Shown piece by piece: positions 1 to 12,910 of a stretch of 64,000 nt of DNA (positions within the stretch are counted from its first letter, which is position 1; every line of letters begins with the position of its first letter). The notes under the pieces are model-generated. The model did not search any database and had not been told where the DNA came from. It saw only the letters and a list, made by a program, of their open reading frames with translations. Location: positions 76,260,001-76,324,000 of the forward strand of contig NC_045704.1 of assembly GCF_009834535.1 (NCBI RefSeq), in the 5' to 3' direction. Source of the stretch: Camelus ferus (Eukaryota). Both the position numbers and the translations under genes were made by a program.

Positions 1-2639
1 CTTCTAAAATTAGGAACTGCCAATCTGGGAGAAGCAAAAGAACCCTCTATCATTTTAAATTTAACTTCAGCCTACTCTGAAGCCATTAGAAACGATTAGA
101 GGAGCTCTCTAGCCATTATATTCAGCCCAGTAGTCTTAGAGTTCAAAAGGTGAAAAGCACTTTTCACCATGAATAAACTGAGACAAAATTATTTTCAATG
201 AAGTTTCAATTTTAGTGAAAATAAAGCAGGTAATTACATTGGCTATTACTGAGGTCACTGCCTTCATTGACCATCTGGCTTAAAACTAAAAAATAGGTAT
301 CATTTGTGACATGGACAGAAATGAGCAGCGTCCACTGCTTCCTTTTTTAAAGGCCTGCAAATTCAGTTAATTCACATATGAACAGTCCTCATGAAACAGT
401 TACTAAAAAAATAGCCTGATGGCCTTTTGAAGCTGAACAACTCAAGGGGAAAAAAACAAACATGTAATATCTTACCATTACTATTACTATAGTTACCATT
501 TTCCATGTGATGGATTTTTGCATAGTATTTTTGATGCCAAAAACTGGGGAGCCAAATTTATCACTCCTATTACTATAGTTTGCCTATATATGGAATCCTA
601 TTTGTTGGATGTAAACTTCGTTTTTAAGTTGAGAGTGTTATTTCCCTAGTAAGGGATATAATTTAATTTTTGCCTAATTTTGTCCTGCTTCCTACAATCT
701 CAGAAAGCATCAAAACACTTTGGGAAGTTGGACAGATGCTGTTTTAAAGTCGTTTTCAATGCACATTGTTTATTTATTTATTTTTACTAAACTCTTACCT
801 CTGAAAAATGTCATTATCGGATTATTGTATAGCATCAGTTCACTGAAGTCTCTCAAAGAGAAGAAAGTTGGAGCAATTCATTGCTTTTTTCCTTTGGCAA
901 CTGTGCGAGGACTTCAAAATATATTGTTTAAGAAGAGAGGAACAGAAATTGCATTAATATGCTTTGAGTCTTAAACCTAAGATAACTTTATTCCTATATC
1001 TTTTGTAACACCCAGGTTCTGTTGTGCTGTGTCGTGTTTTCCTAACACAGAGGCCAGTAGCTTCAGGTTGTGCTATGCATTCAGCCCCAGAATAAAATAC
1101 ATACTTTCTGAAGATCCCATTCGCCGCATTCATTGCTGTTAGAGAGCCTTTGAAAATGCCCTTGCAGGATGCATGGATGTCAGTCTGCAAGAAGGAAAGA
1201 AGGGGAGAGGGTGGGAGCAGGGCAGGAGTAGAAAGTAAGTCACCAAGAGAAAAAAAAAACTATTTTCAATTTGAGGTTATTTCTATTGGGTCAAGTCCTT
1301 CAAAATTATTCAGAGGAAAGATTAATGATTCCTTACAGGCAGAGGTAGCTTAGCATCCCCACTAGCCTCTCCTGCCAAAATCCATCACGCAGTGACGCCA
1401 GCAGGAAGCCAGCGGGGAAGAGTTTGTTTAACCTAGAATCTGGCACAAAGGGGCTGTTCCAGAACAGGGTTTTGGAATGCTGAAGAGACGTGTTCACAGC
1501 AGCATTTTCAGACATGGCCAACGAGGTAGTCCCAGAATACATCATTTGCTTGTGGGTTTACCAGTGGGAGATTTTAAATCACAAAACAATACCCCTCCTC
1601 CCCAACTAGCCAGATGTATACTGAGGGACCACAAATGAATTGATGAGTTAAAGTGCAATTGTGGCTCGTCTTGTCTGATTCTGCTCTTGGCTCTTTTCCA
1701 TTTTGAGAGTGGGAAACAATTTGCTTTGCTCAAAACACAGTTCTCAGCACGATGAGCGTGCAGGCTGAGACCCGTCTCAGAGGTGCAGATGGCGAGTCCC
1801 AGCTCTCGTCACAACATTCATGTCGTGCCTGGTGCCCCATGACTAAGCTGTGCCCCGCACAGTGCCATGCTGACAGTTCCCCACGAGCACACTGTCGGGC
1901 CATGAGCAGCCTCTTGGACCATGACGCCATCCCTCTGCTCTTTTATTCAGAAAAAGTTGAGCTGATAATATTTTATCAGGCAGGACAGATTTTTATGATC
2001 TGGAAAAATTCTGGCAATTAAATCTCACAAAGAAATCCCATAGTTTCTGTTTGGGATATGAAATTATTTCTTCTATGGCCCATGGTTTAATGTTGCCTTC
2101 TTATGAATATTTATATTCCTAGCATCTTAGCTACACTGACAGGGAAAAAGGCAGTTCTGTTGAAATAATGGCTGTAATTATTTCATAGGTTCCCTTTTTG
2201 ACAGCAGTACATCCTTCAGCTTCCACTTTTACACCAAACTAGAAATTAGGAGGTAGCCTAGCTGTGGAAACCATTGCTGGAAACTGTCCATCCATCATGA
2301 GGAACGATCCTTTCTCTGAGGGGAATTTTCTGCTGGATTGCCAAGTGCATAATATTCCCCTGGAGCAAGACTGCATGAAACAACGCTGCTGTGACACGTC
2401 CCATGATATTTAACTCTAGAGGGTCTGGCAGCCCAATGCTCTGGGGGTGCTAATTGTGTTCTCTGGTTATCATCATGTTTTAAAACCCACAATGTCAGAA
2501 GCGTTTATCTAATCCTAGGGTAGAAAAGCAATTAAAATCCATCCCAGCCAGGAGAGCTTCCACAAAATCCATTATCCCTGCCCTACTTTTAGGCCCATAA
2601 AGGAAGAACAGTGGGTGAAACAAGCCACAGAAGCCTTCA

Positions 2640-3230
2640 GTTTATTTCATAAACGTATATTGAGCATGAATTCTGTGCCAGGTGCTGTTCTGGGTACGGA
2701 GAATATGGTGGTAAGAAGACAAACGGAGACCCTGCTCTCAAGAGCTCAAGTGCTGGTGGGAGGCAGATGGGAGCAAGTAGAGGAGTAAACAGTAGGCGGG
2801 CGGACACTGGAGACTGAAGTCAGCCATCGTCCTTCTGAGAAGGTAGACCCGAGTGTCAAGGAAAGGCCCGCCACGGAAAGTTCTGGAGGAGGAGCATTCC
2901 AGGCAGAGGAAGCACGAACTGAAAAAGCTGCCAGGTGGAAAGGAGCTTAGGCAGTTCAGAGAATGGAAGGAGGCAAGTGTGGCTGGGACGCGGAGAGCGG
3001 CGGGGGGGTGGTCTGAGGTGAGGCAGGAGAGAGAGAGGCACCAGCTCACAGGTCCCTGACGGCCTGGACAAGAGCTGTGGGTGTTATTCCAGGGCAGTAG
3101 ACGTTAAGCAGGAGAGTAGCATGGTATGGGGGCTAAAATTAAAGAATAATAATTCTGGCTGCTGTGTGGACTAGTGGATTGTAGGGAGGGCAAGATTGAA
3201 ACCTAACAAGACTGCAGTCGTCCAGGTGAG
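2640..3230 (-). mobile_element. LINE L2 3' fragment
   Basis: tttatttcataaacgtatattgagcatgaattctgtgccaggtgctgttctggg... is the typical reversed L2 3' end, followed by a purine-rich L2 body. Confidence 0.75.
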
Positions 3231-3499
3231 AGGCGTTAGTGGCTTGGACTGGGTTGGGGCAAAGCAGGTAATGAAATGGATGGATTAAGGACTTGCTGTA
3301 GTTTTTGCCTGCCTTTGCTGAGAAACTCAGAATTAAATCTAAATTTTGAAGTGTCTGTAACAGAGGTGTGCTTTATCTGTTTTCTGTTGCTCTCACCACA
3401 TGGATGCCTTATAACTGACCAGTACTGAATTCTGTCTGGTAGAGAAGGAAACAGAGGAGCAAAAGTAGTAGTGGTCACAGCATTTTAGCATATGCGTGC

Positions 3500-3770
3500 A
3501 GAGCATAGCATTCAGACAGAATAGCAAAGGGATTAAGTCCTCAGGGCTAGGTGGGATCCCAGGCTTTACCACACACTACCTGTGTGACCTTAGACAGGTT
3601 GCTTACCTTCCCTGAGTCTTCGTTTATCTGTAAAATTATTGAAATGAGAGTACCTACCTTATAAGATTGTTAAAAGGGTTAAATAAATCAATGCACGGAA
3701 AGTACTTAGAATAATGCTTGGTACAAACTAAGTGCTCAATGAGTAAATGTTAGCTTTTGTTATTACTATT
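3500..3770 (+). mobile_element. MIR SINE (near full length)
   Basis: tgtgtgaccttagacaggttgcttaccttccctgagtcttcgtttatctgtaaaat...gtacttagaataatgcttggtaca...aagtgctcaat matches the MIR core and tail. Confidence 0.9.
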
Positions 3771-4004
3771 TTGATTTGACTGAAACCCCTCCCCCCAAAA
3801 AGTGACACATATACTGACCTATCAACATGCACTTTTCCCTTTAGTTACCAAACAGGAAGAAAGATGATGCAGAGAGTTTTTTTTTTTTTTTAATCTCTTA
3901 GAAGAAGAGGAATTAACATTTAAGAAGCTCTTGTTACTTGCCAGATGATTCATAGATAATCATATCTCATTTAGATTTCTCTATAATCAAAGCAGCCATC
4001 ATTT

Positions 4005-4170
4005 ATTAGTAAGCGTTTTACGTGCAGCATCTATTTTCATCCTCAGAAGCATGCAGTGCCTGTTTCACAGATGTGGAAGCTGAGGTTCAGGGAGGTGCCC
4101 TGCCCTGCCAGCGCCCACAGCTAGTGACACGAGGAGCCAAGATCTGACCCAGCTCTGCGTGACTTCACAG
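4005..4170 (-). mobile_element. MIR SINE
   Basis: tttcacagatgtggaagctgaggttcagggaggt...cacagctagtg is the reversed MIR core. Confidence 0.8.
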
Positions 4171-5479
4171 CCTTTCTCAATTCTCACAAAGGGTAGGTGA
4201 GAGACCAGCTGCGCCAGAACGGGTCAGGTTGTCTCAGCTCCACCATCAGTCAAGCCAGGAGGCGAGGCTCTCCCTCCCTTCCCTGTGCCAGCCCAGGCCT
4301 CCACTTGTACCTTGGCTGGCTTCCAGGCGAGTGTTCCGAGCTGGGTCCCTAGCTTAGTGAGCATGTACTGCTCATGCATTTTGATGTCATCAGGCAAGTA
4401 CCCGTCATCAACACGAATTCACCACGCGCTTCTTAGGCAGTGAACTGCTGAAGGTGAGAAACCACTGCAAATCCTTTACTTTTTCATGTGGTCATTCAGT
4501 CTTTTCCCATTGTTCTCACGGTGTTGCTCTTGGCAATAGAGTTAAGGGTCTGTCGACGCTAGCGTTGGAAAACAGATCTATCTCATGTCATTTATAACTT
4601 GGTCACATTAGTTCATTTACTTAGAAACTTTGGCATCATCCTTCTTTCCTGACTGAATTTTTGTGACAGACTTTCATCTCATTAGTTATATAATGCTGGG
4701 GAGAGTAATTCACAATTTCAGTTCGTGGTCCCTTTGTTCCTTTGTTTTTCACACTTGTTCCCAGAAAATAAAATTGATTAATTTAAAATAGCAAATGAAT
4801 AATCCATAGTACTAACTTTAAAAAATTTTAGGTACTTGAGCATTCTATCAAAAGAAAGTCTAGGAGTTCTCATCAGAAAATTGTCAAGAACTAAATTGTA
4901 CCTGTGCTTTTTAAGATTTTTTTCAAGCAGTTTGCTACCTGGTCTATCCAAGGGTCCAGATTATGTCCTTCGGAGTCACTTCCATGTGTTCATTAAGTCC
5001 CTTATTCATTCTTCACATCATCAGTAACCCTAAATTGCCAAGTGCCCACGATATAGGAAAAATGCAATGTATTCATTTTTAGATACATTTCTATTTTGAT
5101 GGATTTGGGAGATTTGGGGTTATTTTGAAATTATATACTTCCTTCCTAGACTTTAAAAAAGAGACTTCTAATCATTATTTTGGAAATATGAAATCAATTA
5201 GTGGCAACAAGGTAATGGCTTCAATATTCAAGTTTGAAGAAACAGACTTACCTTCAACTTAATATCCTTTGCGATATGTTCTTTTTCCCTCTGTTAACGT
5301 AAGCAGGGGCAGCATCTTTACACACTCTAAGAACTTCACTGCCCACCCCTGCCTCTGTGAATCTTTTCTTTCTTTGCAATCTGTGAATCAACTGCCCTGA
5401 TTTGGGCTAGCCAGAGGGTAGCCTTTAGAGTTAAGCATTGTAGATTGATTTAAGAGACATAAATATTTATAACCAGCAA

Positions 5480-5730
5480 CATCATTGACACAAAGGAATT
5501 GCCTGATTGAACAAGTTGGAGACCCGTCTGAAACAGATCCTAACAGGCTGGAGTGACATTGAAAAGATCTGACTAGTTAGGGGCACCTGGTGTGAAAAGC
5601 AAGCGCCACATGGAAGTGAGTGACTGGACACGGATAGAAGGTCTAACAAGGCAGCAGTGAGAGGTAGCAGGGATCCAGGGGGAAGGGACGAATGAGAACG
5701 TAGACCTTTAGATTAACCAGAGGCCCACAT
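5480..5730. mobile_element. Possible CR1/L3 LINE relic
   Basis: cagatcctaacaggctggagtga...tgactagttaggggca...tttagattaaccagagg resembles the ancient L3/CR1 3' region; highly degenerate. Confidence 0.35.
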
Positions 5731-6649
5731 GGGACAGCTACATGGAACAAAACAGAACCCTGGAAGATGAAACCAGGCAAGAGGAGCCATGGGGGATCGC
5801 ACGGCTCACCGAGCAGCATAGCCAGTGACGAGAAACGTGTTTGTTTGAGTCAGAGTCTTAGCTTTGGCTTCAGGACAAGTCTGAAAGGGAATTCATGGAG
5901 TGCAAAAGCCAGCTCACCCTCTGTGCTCTTTCGTGGGTAGTACGCGAGAGTCACTCATCCCTCTCATCCTTGGAGTGGAATAGCCTTGATAGAAGCCAAA
6001 TCCAAGAAACAGTTTCAGTTTAAGATCTTGAAGGTTTTAAACTTAAAGTGTGCTCCATGCCCCCAAAACAAACAGAGCTGGAGGCAGACCCAGGAGCGTG
6101 GGTCCCACGTCTCCAGACAAGTTTCCATGGGCGTTTCTCTCCCAAACACTCCGACTCCCTAACTCCCCTTTCCCTGTCGCTCTCCTTCTCTGCGTGACAG
6201 AAGAAGCAGGCATTGAAAGCCAAATTAAGGTACTTTTCTGAAATCACTACTTGGCATTAGTAATGAACGCCAGATTCATTTCAGTTCTAGTCTCAGGATG
6301 ATTTAACTCTCACAAGATCTTAGGATTACAGAAATCACTGGAAGAAACATCATGGAGAATTTCCCGTCATACACCAAAAAATAGCATAGATGCTTAGAAT
6401 ATAAGATAAAAGATGTCTGAGTGCACAAAGATAAATGATGTTTACTACCCTCAGGAAATAATATTTATAGACGGCTACCTGCTCTGCACAGAGCACCACG
6501 CTGTTCAGTGCGAACACTGAAAAGAAGCACAAGGTAACAAGCGCCCTGCCCTCACATTGCTTATGTTTTAGTTGAGGAGACAAGAAATCAACATGAAAAA
6601 GGAGTGTTTGTTGTAGGTTTTGTAGAGTCAAATAGAACATTTACTGAGG

Positions 6650-6845
6650 AATTGTTGCAACTGCCTTATATGTATTAATTCATTGAATCTGTGTAACGGT
6701 CCTATGATGTAAACACCAGGTATTAAATTATCTCCGTTTCATAAATGAATCAAAGATAATTTGAATAATTTGCATAGGATCAGCCAACTAGTATTTGGTG
6801 GAACCAGTATTGAAATCCAGGCCATCTGAATTATATTTGATCGTC
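6650..6845 (-). mobile_element. MIR SINE
   Basis: ccttatatgtattaattcattgaatc...ttatctccgtttcataaatgaa...gaaatccaggccatctga. Confidence 0.75.
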
Positions 6846-7245
6846 TGCTGTGAGGCTTGAAAGGCAGGAATTGTGTCTGAAGGCTGGAACAGTCAGAGAA
6901 ACCATGGTGGGGGTTGTCCACGAGCTGGACATTCAAAGATGGGTGGGGAGTTTAGGGACGGGCACACCAGCAGCAGAGGCACCGACCCAGGGGCCAGCAT
7001 ACAGCAGCCACAGGACAGGCGGACACCACGGGCTGACGGCGCTTCGGGGTCAGAGAAGTCTAAGGTCTCGTCCTGCCTCTGCTGCTCGGTCGCTGGCGGG
7101 GCTTGGGTGAGATCCACAAGCTTCCTATGAAGTGGAGACAGTAATGACAATAATAAGTACTTACCCTGCAAGGTTAGTAGAAATAGTCAGCAAGATGACA
7201 TGTAAAATTGCCTAGCCTCTTACTTGTAATTTAACTTAATTTCAA

Positions 7246-7283
7246 GTGTGTGTGTGTGTGTGTTTGTGTGTGTGTGTGGGTGT
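7246..7283. repeat. Interrupted (TG)n microsatellite
   Basis: gtgtgtgtgtgtgtgtgtttgtgtgtgtgtgtgggtgt. Confidence 0.95.
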
Positions 7284-7589
7284 AAGATAGCCAGCAGATC
7301 AGCCAGGAGCAGCAAGCTTATACTGAGAGTGAAAGCAGACACTGGGGAGATTCTGACCGCACTGTAGGGGCTCCTGACTACAGGATTAGCCAGTTAGCAG
7401 CAGAGAGCCCCTGAAGGTTGTGAGTGAGAGGGATCGTGAGAACACTTGTTAGGAAACTCAATCTGCCTATGGCACTTCTGTGCAATTTGATTTAGGGGAT
7501 AGAGCATAAACACCGTGGGAAAGAATACTAGAAGAAATTAAGCAGGGCATATGAAATATGTGATATTTTTCTTTAAAATTCATCCATTT

Positions 7590-7715
7590 ATTCACTGAAA
7601 AATACTCAGATACTCATCGCTTACGATCTGGTACCAGGCGCTGTTCTAGGCGTTGCACATACAGCCAGGGACAAAACCGTCGAAGTCCTTATCGTCACGG
7701 AGCTGATACTCTGTA
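7590..7715 (-). mobile_element. L2 3' end fragment
   Basis: ttattcactgaaaaatactcag...ggtaccaggcgctgttctaggcg...ggagctgatactct. Confidence 0.6.
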
Positions 7716-8654
7716 ACAACTCATCATTAGTATAAAAAGTACGTGTGTTCAAAGATAAGAGTAAGAGATGTCACAGAGAGTGAAATGTGTTGGAACAAGA
7801 TTTTCAAAGCACGTTGTATGATTTCTCTTTAACCAGCCCACCCATCTTCTTCATCCCTGCTTCATCTGACCTTGGTGCGCCTGAGTCTGCTTCAAAGAGA
7901 AGTGCTAACATCTTTTCACTATGTTTTAAATAATGTTCACAGCCTCCCCATTGTATCCAAACCAATTTACAATTTTTTTTTTCTTTCTACTGCTGGATCT
8001 GAAAACCCCAGAATGCACAGCTTCCACACGTTGCTCGCTACCCTCTTGATTTTGGTCTAACTAGCTCTCCTCTCTCCTGAGACACAACAGCCTGGCTCTC
8101 GTTAGGGAAAGCCGTAAAGCACCCTTCTCTATACTTGCAGTGACTTCATTTCCTCCTTCTCAGGTCATCTGCTCTGTGGATTTATTCTCATTCCTACACC
8201 TTTTCCTTAACCAATAATGAAAGGGTTCCTTTGGATGTTGAGAAAAGACTCTGAGTACCTCTTCCTTCTGCCTCATGTTTGAAGTTTAGTTTTAGTAAAA
8301 GTTGTGTTGCATAGAATTACTTAATGTCACCCATGAGCTAGTCCAGCACCCTGGTCTTTTACCTAAACATTTTCTTTAATAAGGGCTTTTGTCTGTTTTC
8401 CTTTTCATTAAAGAAAAGTGAATAAATAGCAGTTGTTCTTTCATGTAAGGATCTGTGGAAGTGGAAGATGGTATTTTTCAAACCAGTAAGTATTTGAGCA
8501 CCAAAGAAGCTGGAAATTATTAATGATGGAAGTGAACAAGGAGACGCAGGAGCATCCACTATGTGAAGTCACATAATCTGATGAGACGTAAATACATGAA
8601 ACTATAAAAATAAACCCGATTTCTGTAGCTCTTCCAACCTGTCTTCTTATTGCA

Positions 8655-8830
8655 GGACTTTGAGCTATGCCTGGCACCTAAAACACACTTAATAATAATC
8701 ATTGAGTCAAGTGATGTCTCATGCTCACAACAGTCTTATAAAATGGCCTCTGTTACAGATGAAGAAACAGAGGCTCAGAAATTCAGATTGGAAAGGGGTG
8801 ATGTCAGTATTCGAACCCAGTCTTCCGGAC
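8655..8830 (-). mobile_element. MIR SINE
   Basis: tttgagctatgcctggcacc...gttacagatgaagaaacagaggctcaga...attcgaacccagtct. Confidence 0.85.
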
Positions 8831-9124
8831 AACACCACAGTAAACGATTAAGTACTAAACTTTGCAGTTCAAGTTTTGAGTGTCTCAGGAATGTAGCAAT
8901 GGGAAAAGACAATGTGAGTTGCACAGGTGGATTGTGACTTTATTGAAAAGATATTCTTACGGACTGTCTGTAGTTGTAACCCCTTTGTCCTTTCCTAGCC
9001 TCACTAATGTGTTTTAGATCACTTAAATGTCTGGCTCCCAGTGCAGTAGCAAATGCACTTTTGAAAATTAGCAGTCATTTTTACTCAGATCCCGGCAACC
9101 CTAAATGACTCATGTCATCATTTC

Positions 9125-9320
9125 NNNNNNNNNNNNNNNNNNNNNNNNNNNNNNNNNNNNNNNNNNNNNNNNNNNNNNNNNNNNNNNNNNNNNNNNNNNN
9201 NNNNNNNNNNNNNNNNNNNNNNNNNNNNNNNNNNNNNNNNNNNNNNNNNNNNNNNNNNNNNNNNNNNNNNNNNNNNNNNNNNNNNNNNNNNNNNNNNNNN
9301 NNNNNNNNNNNNNNNNNNNN
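9125..9320. other. Sequence gap (196 N)
   Basis: Run of N. Confidence 0.99.
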
Positions 9321-10524
9321 ATTACAGTGATTCCCAGAAAAAAAAATTATTGAAAAGTTACTGCTGTGTGATTTCAGTAGCTATTTTTCATACTTAAATA
9401 TCCCTGCTCTTTAAAAATCCTAGGAGGGCTTAGACCATATTTAGAACACTCCTGCCAAGTATATATAGGAAAAATTGAGTCTCTAAGGAGACATTTGGCT
9501 ATAGCTCGACAAACAGGAACCTCAAATTATATTTTAGCTTTACAAAGTGCTCAAAGGCATTGAAATTCTGTCTCAAAAAAAAAAAAAAAAGAACCACGCA
9601 TGTGAATTAATGACACAATTATCTCCTTGCAGCCGCAGATACTGGGATTTCTTAATGCCGAATATCAAAGGCCTGTGGTATTGCTGCACCTCCTACTCAG
9701 AATGCGAGGTGTTTTACAGACTTGTCTCCGGCCCTGAATGCCACCGTACGGCTTGTCTTCTACAGTTCTCGAGGAGCACCGGCTCCTTTTACTTGCATTC
9801 TTCTATGGGACCATGATTGTCTCTCACCTCTGTCCCAGTTCCACATAGAATAGCTCCATCTGAATTTTCCTTTAGCTAGTGTTCCAAATTCAACTAGTCA
9901 GCTTCCAATTTCAAAAAAAAAAAAAAAGACATGTCACTAAGTTCCTTCAGGGCCGTTTTTTTTTTACCTTCATATTACCCACAGTGCCAAGATTATAATA
10001 AGAAGTAATACATTTTGCCTAATGAAAAATGAAGGGATGCTTCTGATCTGTCAGCTCACCTGCCTGCCCCTGCTTCCTCCCCTCCCTCCGTCCCTTCCCA
10101 AGGCATATATTGTATCATTGAGGGAAGAAACCGAAAATAAATCACCACCCTCTTCTAGCTGACGTTCTCCATTATGAAATCGTCTATGGGAAGCCCTGAC
10201 CTGACACATTGTGACAGACAAGCTGAGCTGGAACGTCAAAGCTGACCAGCATTTTTCTTACGTGTTCCTAGTCAGCGCCTTCCCACTCCCTGCCAAGTAT
10301 TTCACCCTTCCCTTCAAGACCCCAGCGTCACTCTGCCTCCTCATGCTCAGCAGACAGCCTTACCTCCTACTCCACAGAAACTAAAATGAGACCACAAAGG
10401 GAAACGTGCTTCCACTGCCCACTTTCCAACCTGTGAGCTATACATTCATCTGTACTGGCATCTGATTACTAATAATGGGCATATATCCACCATTCAGAAA
10501 GAGAAAGAGGACAAAAGACACATT

Positions 10525-10625
10525 GTATTTACTTGTTTCATAAATATTTATTGGGCATCTATTTGGTGCCAGGGACAGGGCTAAATATTCATGCTACACC
10601 ACAAGGCACAGGTCACAGTTGTGGT
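10525..10625 (-). mobile_element. L2 3' end fragment
   Basis: ttcataaatatttattgggcatctatttggtgccagggacagggctaaat. Confidence 0.65.
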
Positions 10626-12769
10626 GCAGACATGTACAAGTGTAGCAGGTCTGGGTCTCCCACAAACTCAAGAAGCATGAAATATGTTTTCTGTAGGTTC
10701 AATCTGACTATGAGCCCCCTATACCAGAGAGGGGGTGGGGAATTCAACTACAGTCATCACTGTGGCTTGATCTTCAAGTGTAAACAATGTCTGCTCATTT
10801 TTGCATCAGTCTGCACTAGTTAACAAGGAGATGGCCCTTGGGCTCAGATCCCCTTAGCTCAGGAGACTCTGCTGGTTCCATCCGCACCTGAAGCTGTGCA
10901 GTCTTCTGCAAGACAACGAATCTTTGTGTCTAAGTCTCTCTTACGATTATAGGATTGTGTAGGATCTCATGCTTTTTCTGAGATAATTTTTGTAGACATT
11001 TAAGATAATTGGTAGTTTGACTAGAAATATATATTAATAACAGATACTAAAATATGACATAATGTGGTCAGGTGATTCATTTATCTTTATGAATAATAAT
11101 TATGAACTTATCTTTATCATCTCAGTAAAAGATACTTTTATTTTCTCAAGTAACAATTCATTTTATTAACATTTTTAATATTTTCAGGGCACTATATATT
11201 TATTCCAGGCAATTTGGAAAGAGTAGAAAGTATAAAGATGAAAATTAAAGTTACTAAAATCACTTGCAGTTCTACCAGCCAAAGATAAGTAGTGGTCACA
11301 TTGTGATACAGTCTGTTGCGGTGCCTTCTCCAAGGTTCACGTTACCTGAGGCATATGGAGAGATACATGTCTGTCCTCACGGGGTTCACACTGTACTGCT
11401 GCTGCTTCTGACATAACGGCATGGACTTTGAAACGCTGGTTTACGCCCTGATGTATGCTGCCATCGTGTGTGACTCTGCCTCCCAATGAACCCTATCTTT
11501 CACCTTGGGCAAAAGAGTAGAGTTTGCACCTTTTTATTAAACTAGACAAGTGCACCTTCTGATCCTAGATGAGAAACTCTGTGATTTCTCAGCACCGTTT
11601 TTATGAGCACCTTGCCTGCTTCTGTGTCTGAAGGTGTTGACCTAAATAGGATTTCAATACATCATTAATGATCGCTTTCGGAAAGGTGCTCAGCCTTTGG
11701 CTTGTGGGATTCTCAGTGAATTAATTATTTCTCAACATCAGCAAAGGTTTTTTTTGTTTGTTTGTTTTTTTTAAGGTTGCAACAGCTAACAACTTTGGGG
11801 GTGTTTGGGCAGTGCTTCTAGCCCCTGCATTGGAGTCACCTGTTAACTCACTCGTGCTGGCTAGGGGACTACACACGGCAGGCAGGGGCTCCTTCAAATG
11901 AACATGCCTTTCTTAGGATGTTGTGCGGTGTTTGCTGTGATTGGACAAGAGCAGGTGTCACTGCCATAATCGGTGCTTTGATATGGGATGAGTAGGAATA
12001 GAACGGCTGCTCTCTAATGTCAGAACCTGCCGTGCTTGGTTACCCAGACACGTCTGACCACCCGTGACCGCTTCACGGGGTTCCTTACAGCCCTGTTAGC
12101 ACTGCTCCTTGGCCTCGTTATGCTGAAACAAAGTAGGCTGGTTGCTGTCACACGGGGATCACGCCACCAGCACCCCTGTCCCCAGGTGGATCCAGACACA
12201 GACGGGAGTGCGGGTTGAGAGCAATCCCCTTGATGGCCCCCAGGTTTCAGTCTGGATACCGTGTCCCCTGCCTCGTCACTGCAGAGGCTAAAGGTTGACC
12301 AAGGGGCAGTGTCCCCCCTGCCACTCTGAAAATACACCTTATGTACTGTGATTGGCACAGGAGAGTGCGCACTGAATGAGAGCATATAAGTCACCTTTAA
12401 GAAAACAGGCACTGCCAGTCCAGGCTGACCTTGCAAGTACACAGCAGCTGAATTCAAACAGTCAATAACTGCATGTCTGACCCCACCCTGTCCCAAGACT
12501 CATGCCCACAGAGGACATGGACAGATGCTGTCTTTGAGAGAGGACGTTTGCTTCCTTTTTTACTTCAAGTACCTTGAGCTGGATAGATTGTGATGAGTTC
12601 ATTATTCCGGCAGAGATAGAAGTAAGCACCTCACTCTCCCACCTTGAACTTCTAGAACTGGGGGACAGTGAGAAGGCATTGCACGTTAACCAAGTATACT
12701 TGGGTTGTGTTTTATATTTTTTAAAGCACCTCCACATAATTGGTCTGGAGGCTCCCGACGACTGTGAGG

Positions 12770-12910
12770 TTGGTGAATAGGACAAGTGTTACTATCCTTG
12801 CTTTAGAAGTGAGGAAAGAGAGCCGCAGAGGTTAAACCGCTTCCCCAGGTTCACCCACCCCACTAACCGCAGGGACTAGATGTGAATCACAAGTTCTTCG
12901 CCTAATTCTC
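12770..12910 (-). mobile_element. MIR SINE fragment
   Basis: ttactatccttgctttagaagtgaggaaagagagccgcagaggttaaaccgcttccccaggttcac. Confidence 0.7.

Noticed and set aside
12024-12218. Intronic sense ORF with a TM-like stretch (FTGFLTALLALLLGLVML), considered as a transmembrane alternative last exon
   Set aside because: Both nearby AGs (12022-12023 and 12046-12047) enter this frame in phase 0, whereas the NTNG1 EGF exons join in phase 1. The polypyrimidine tracts are weak and the phase-1 frame from 12024 stops quickly.
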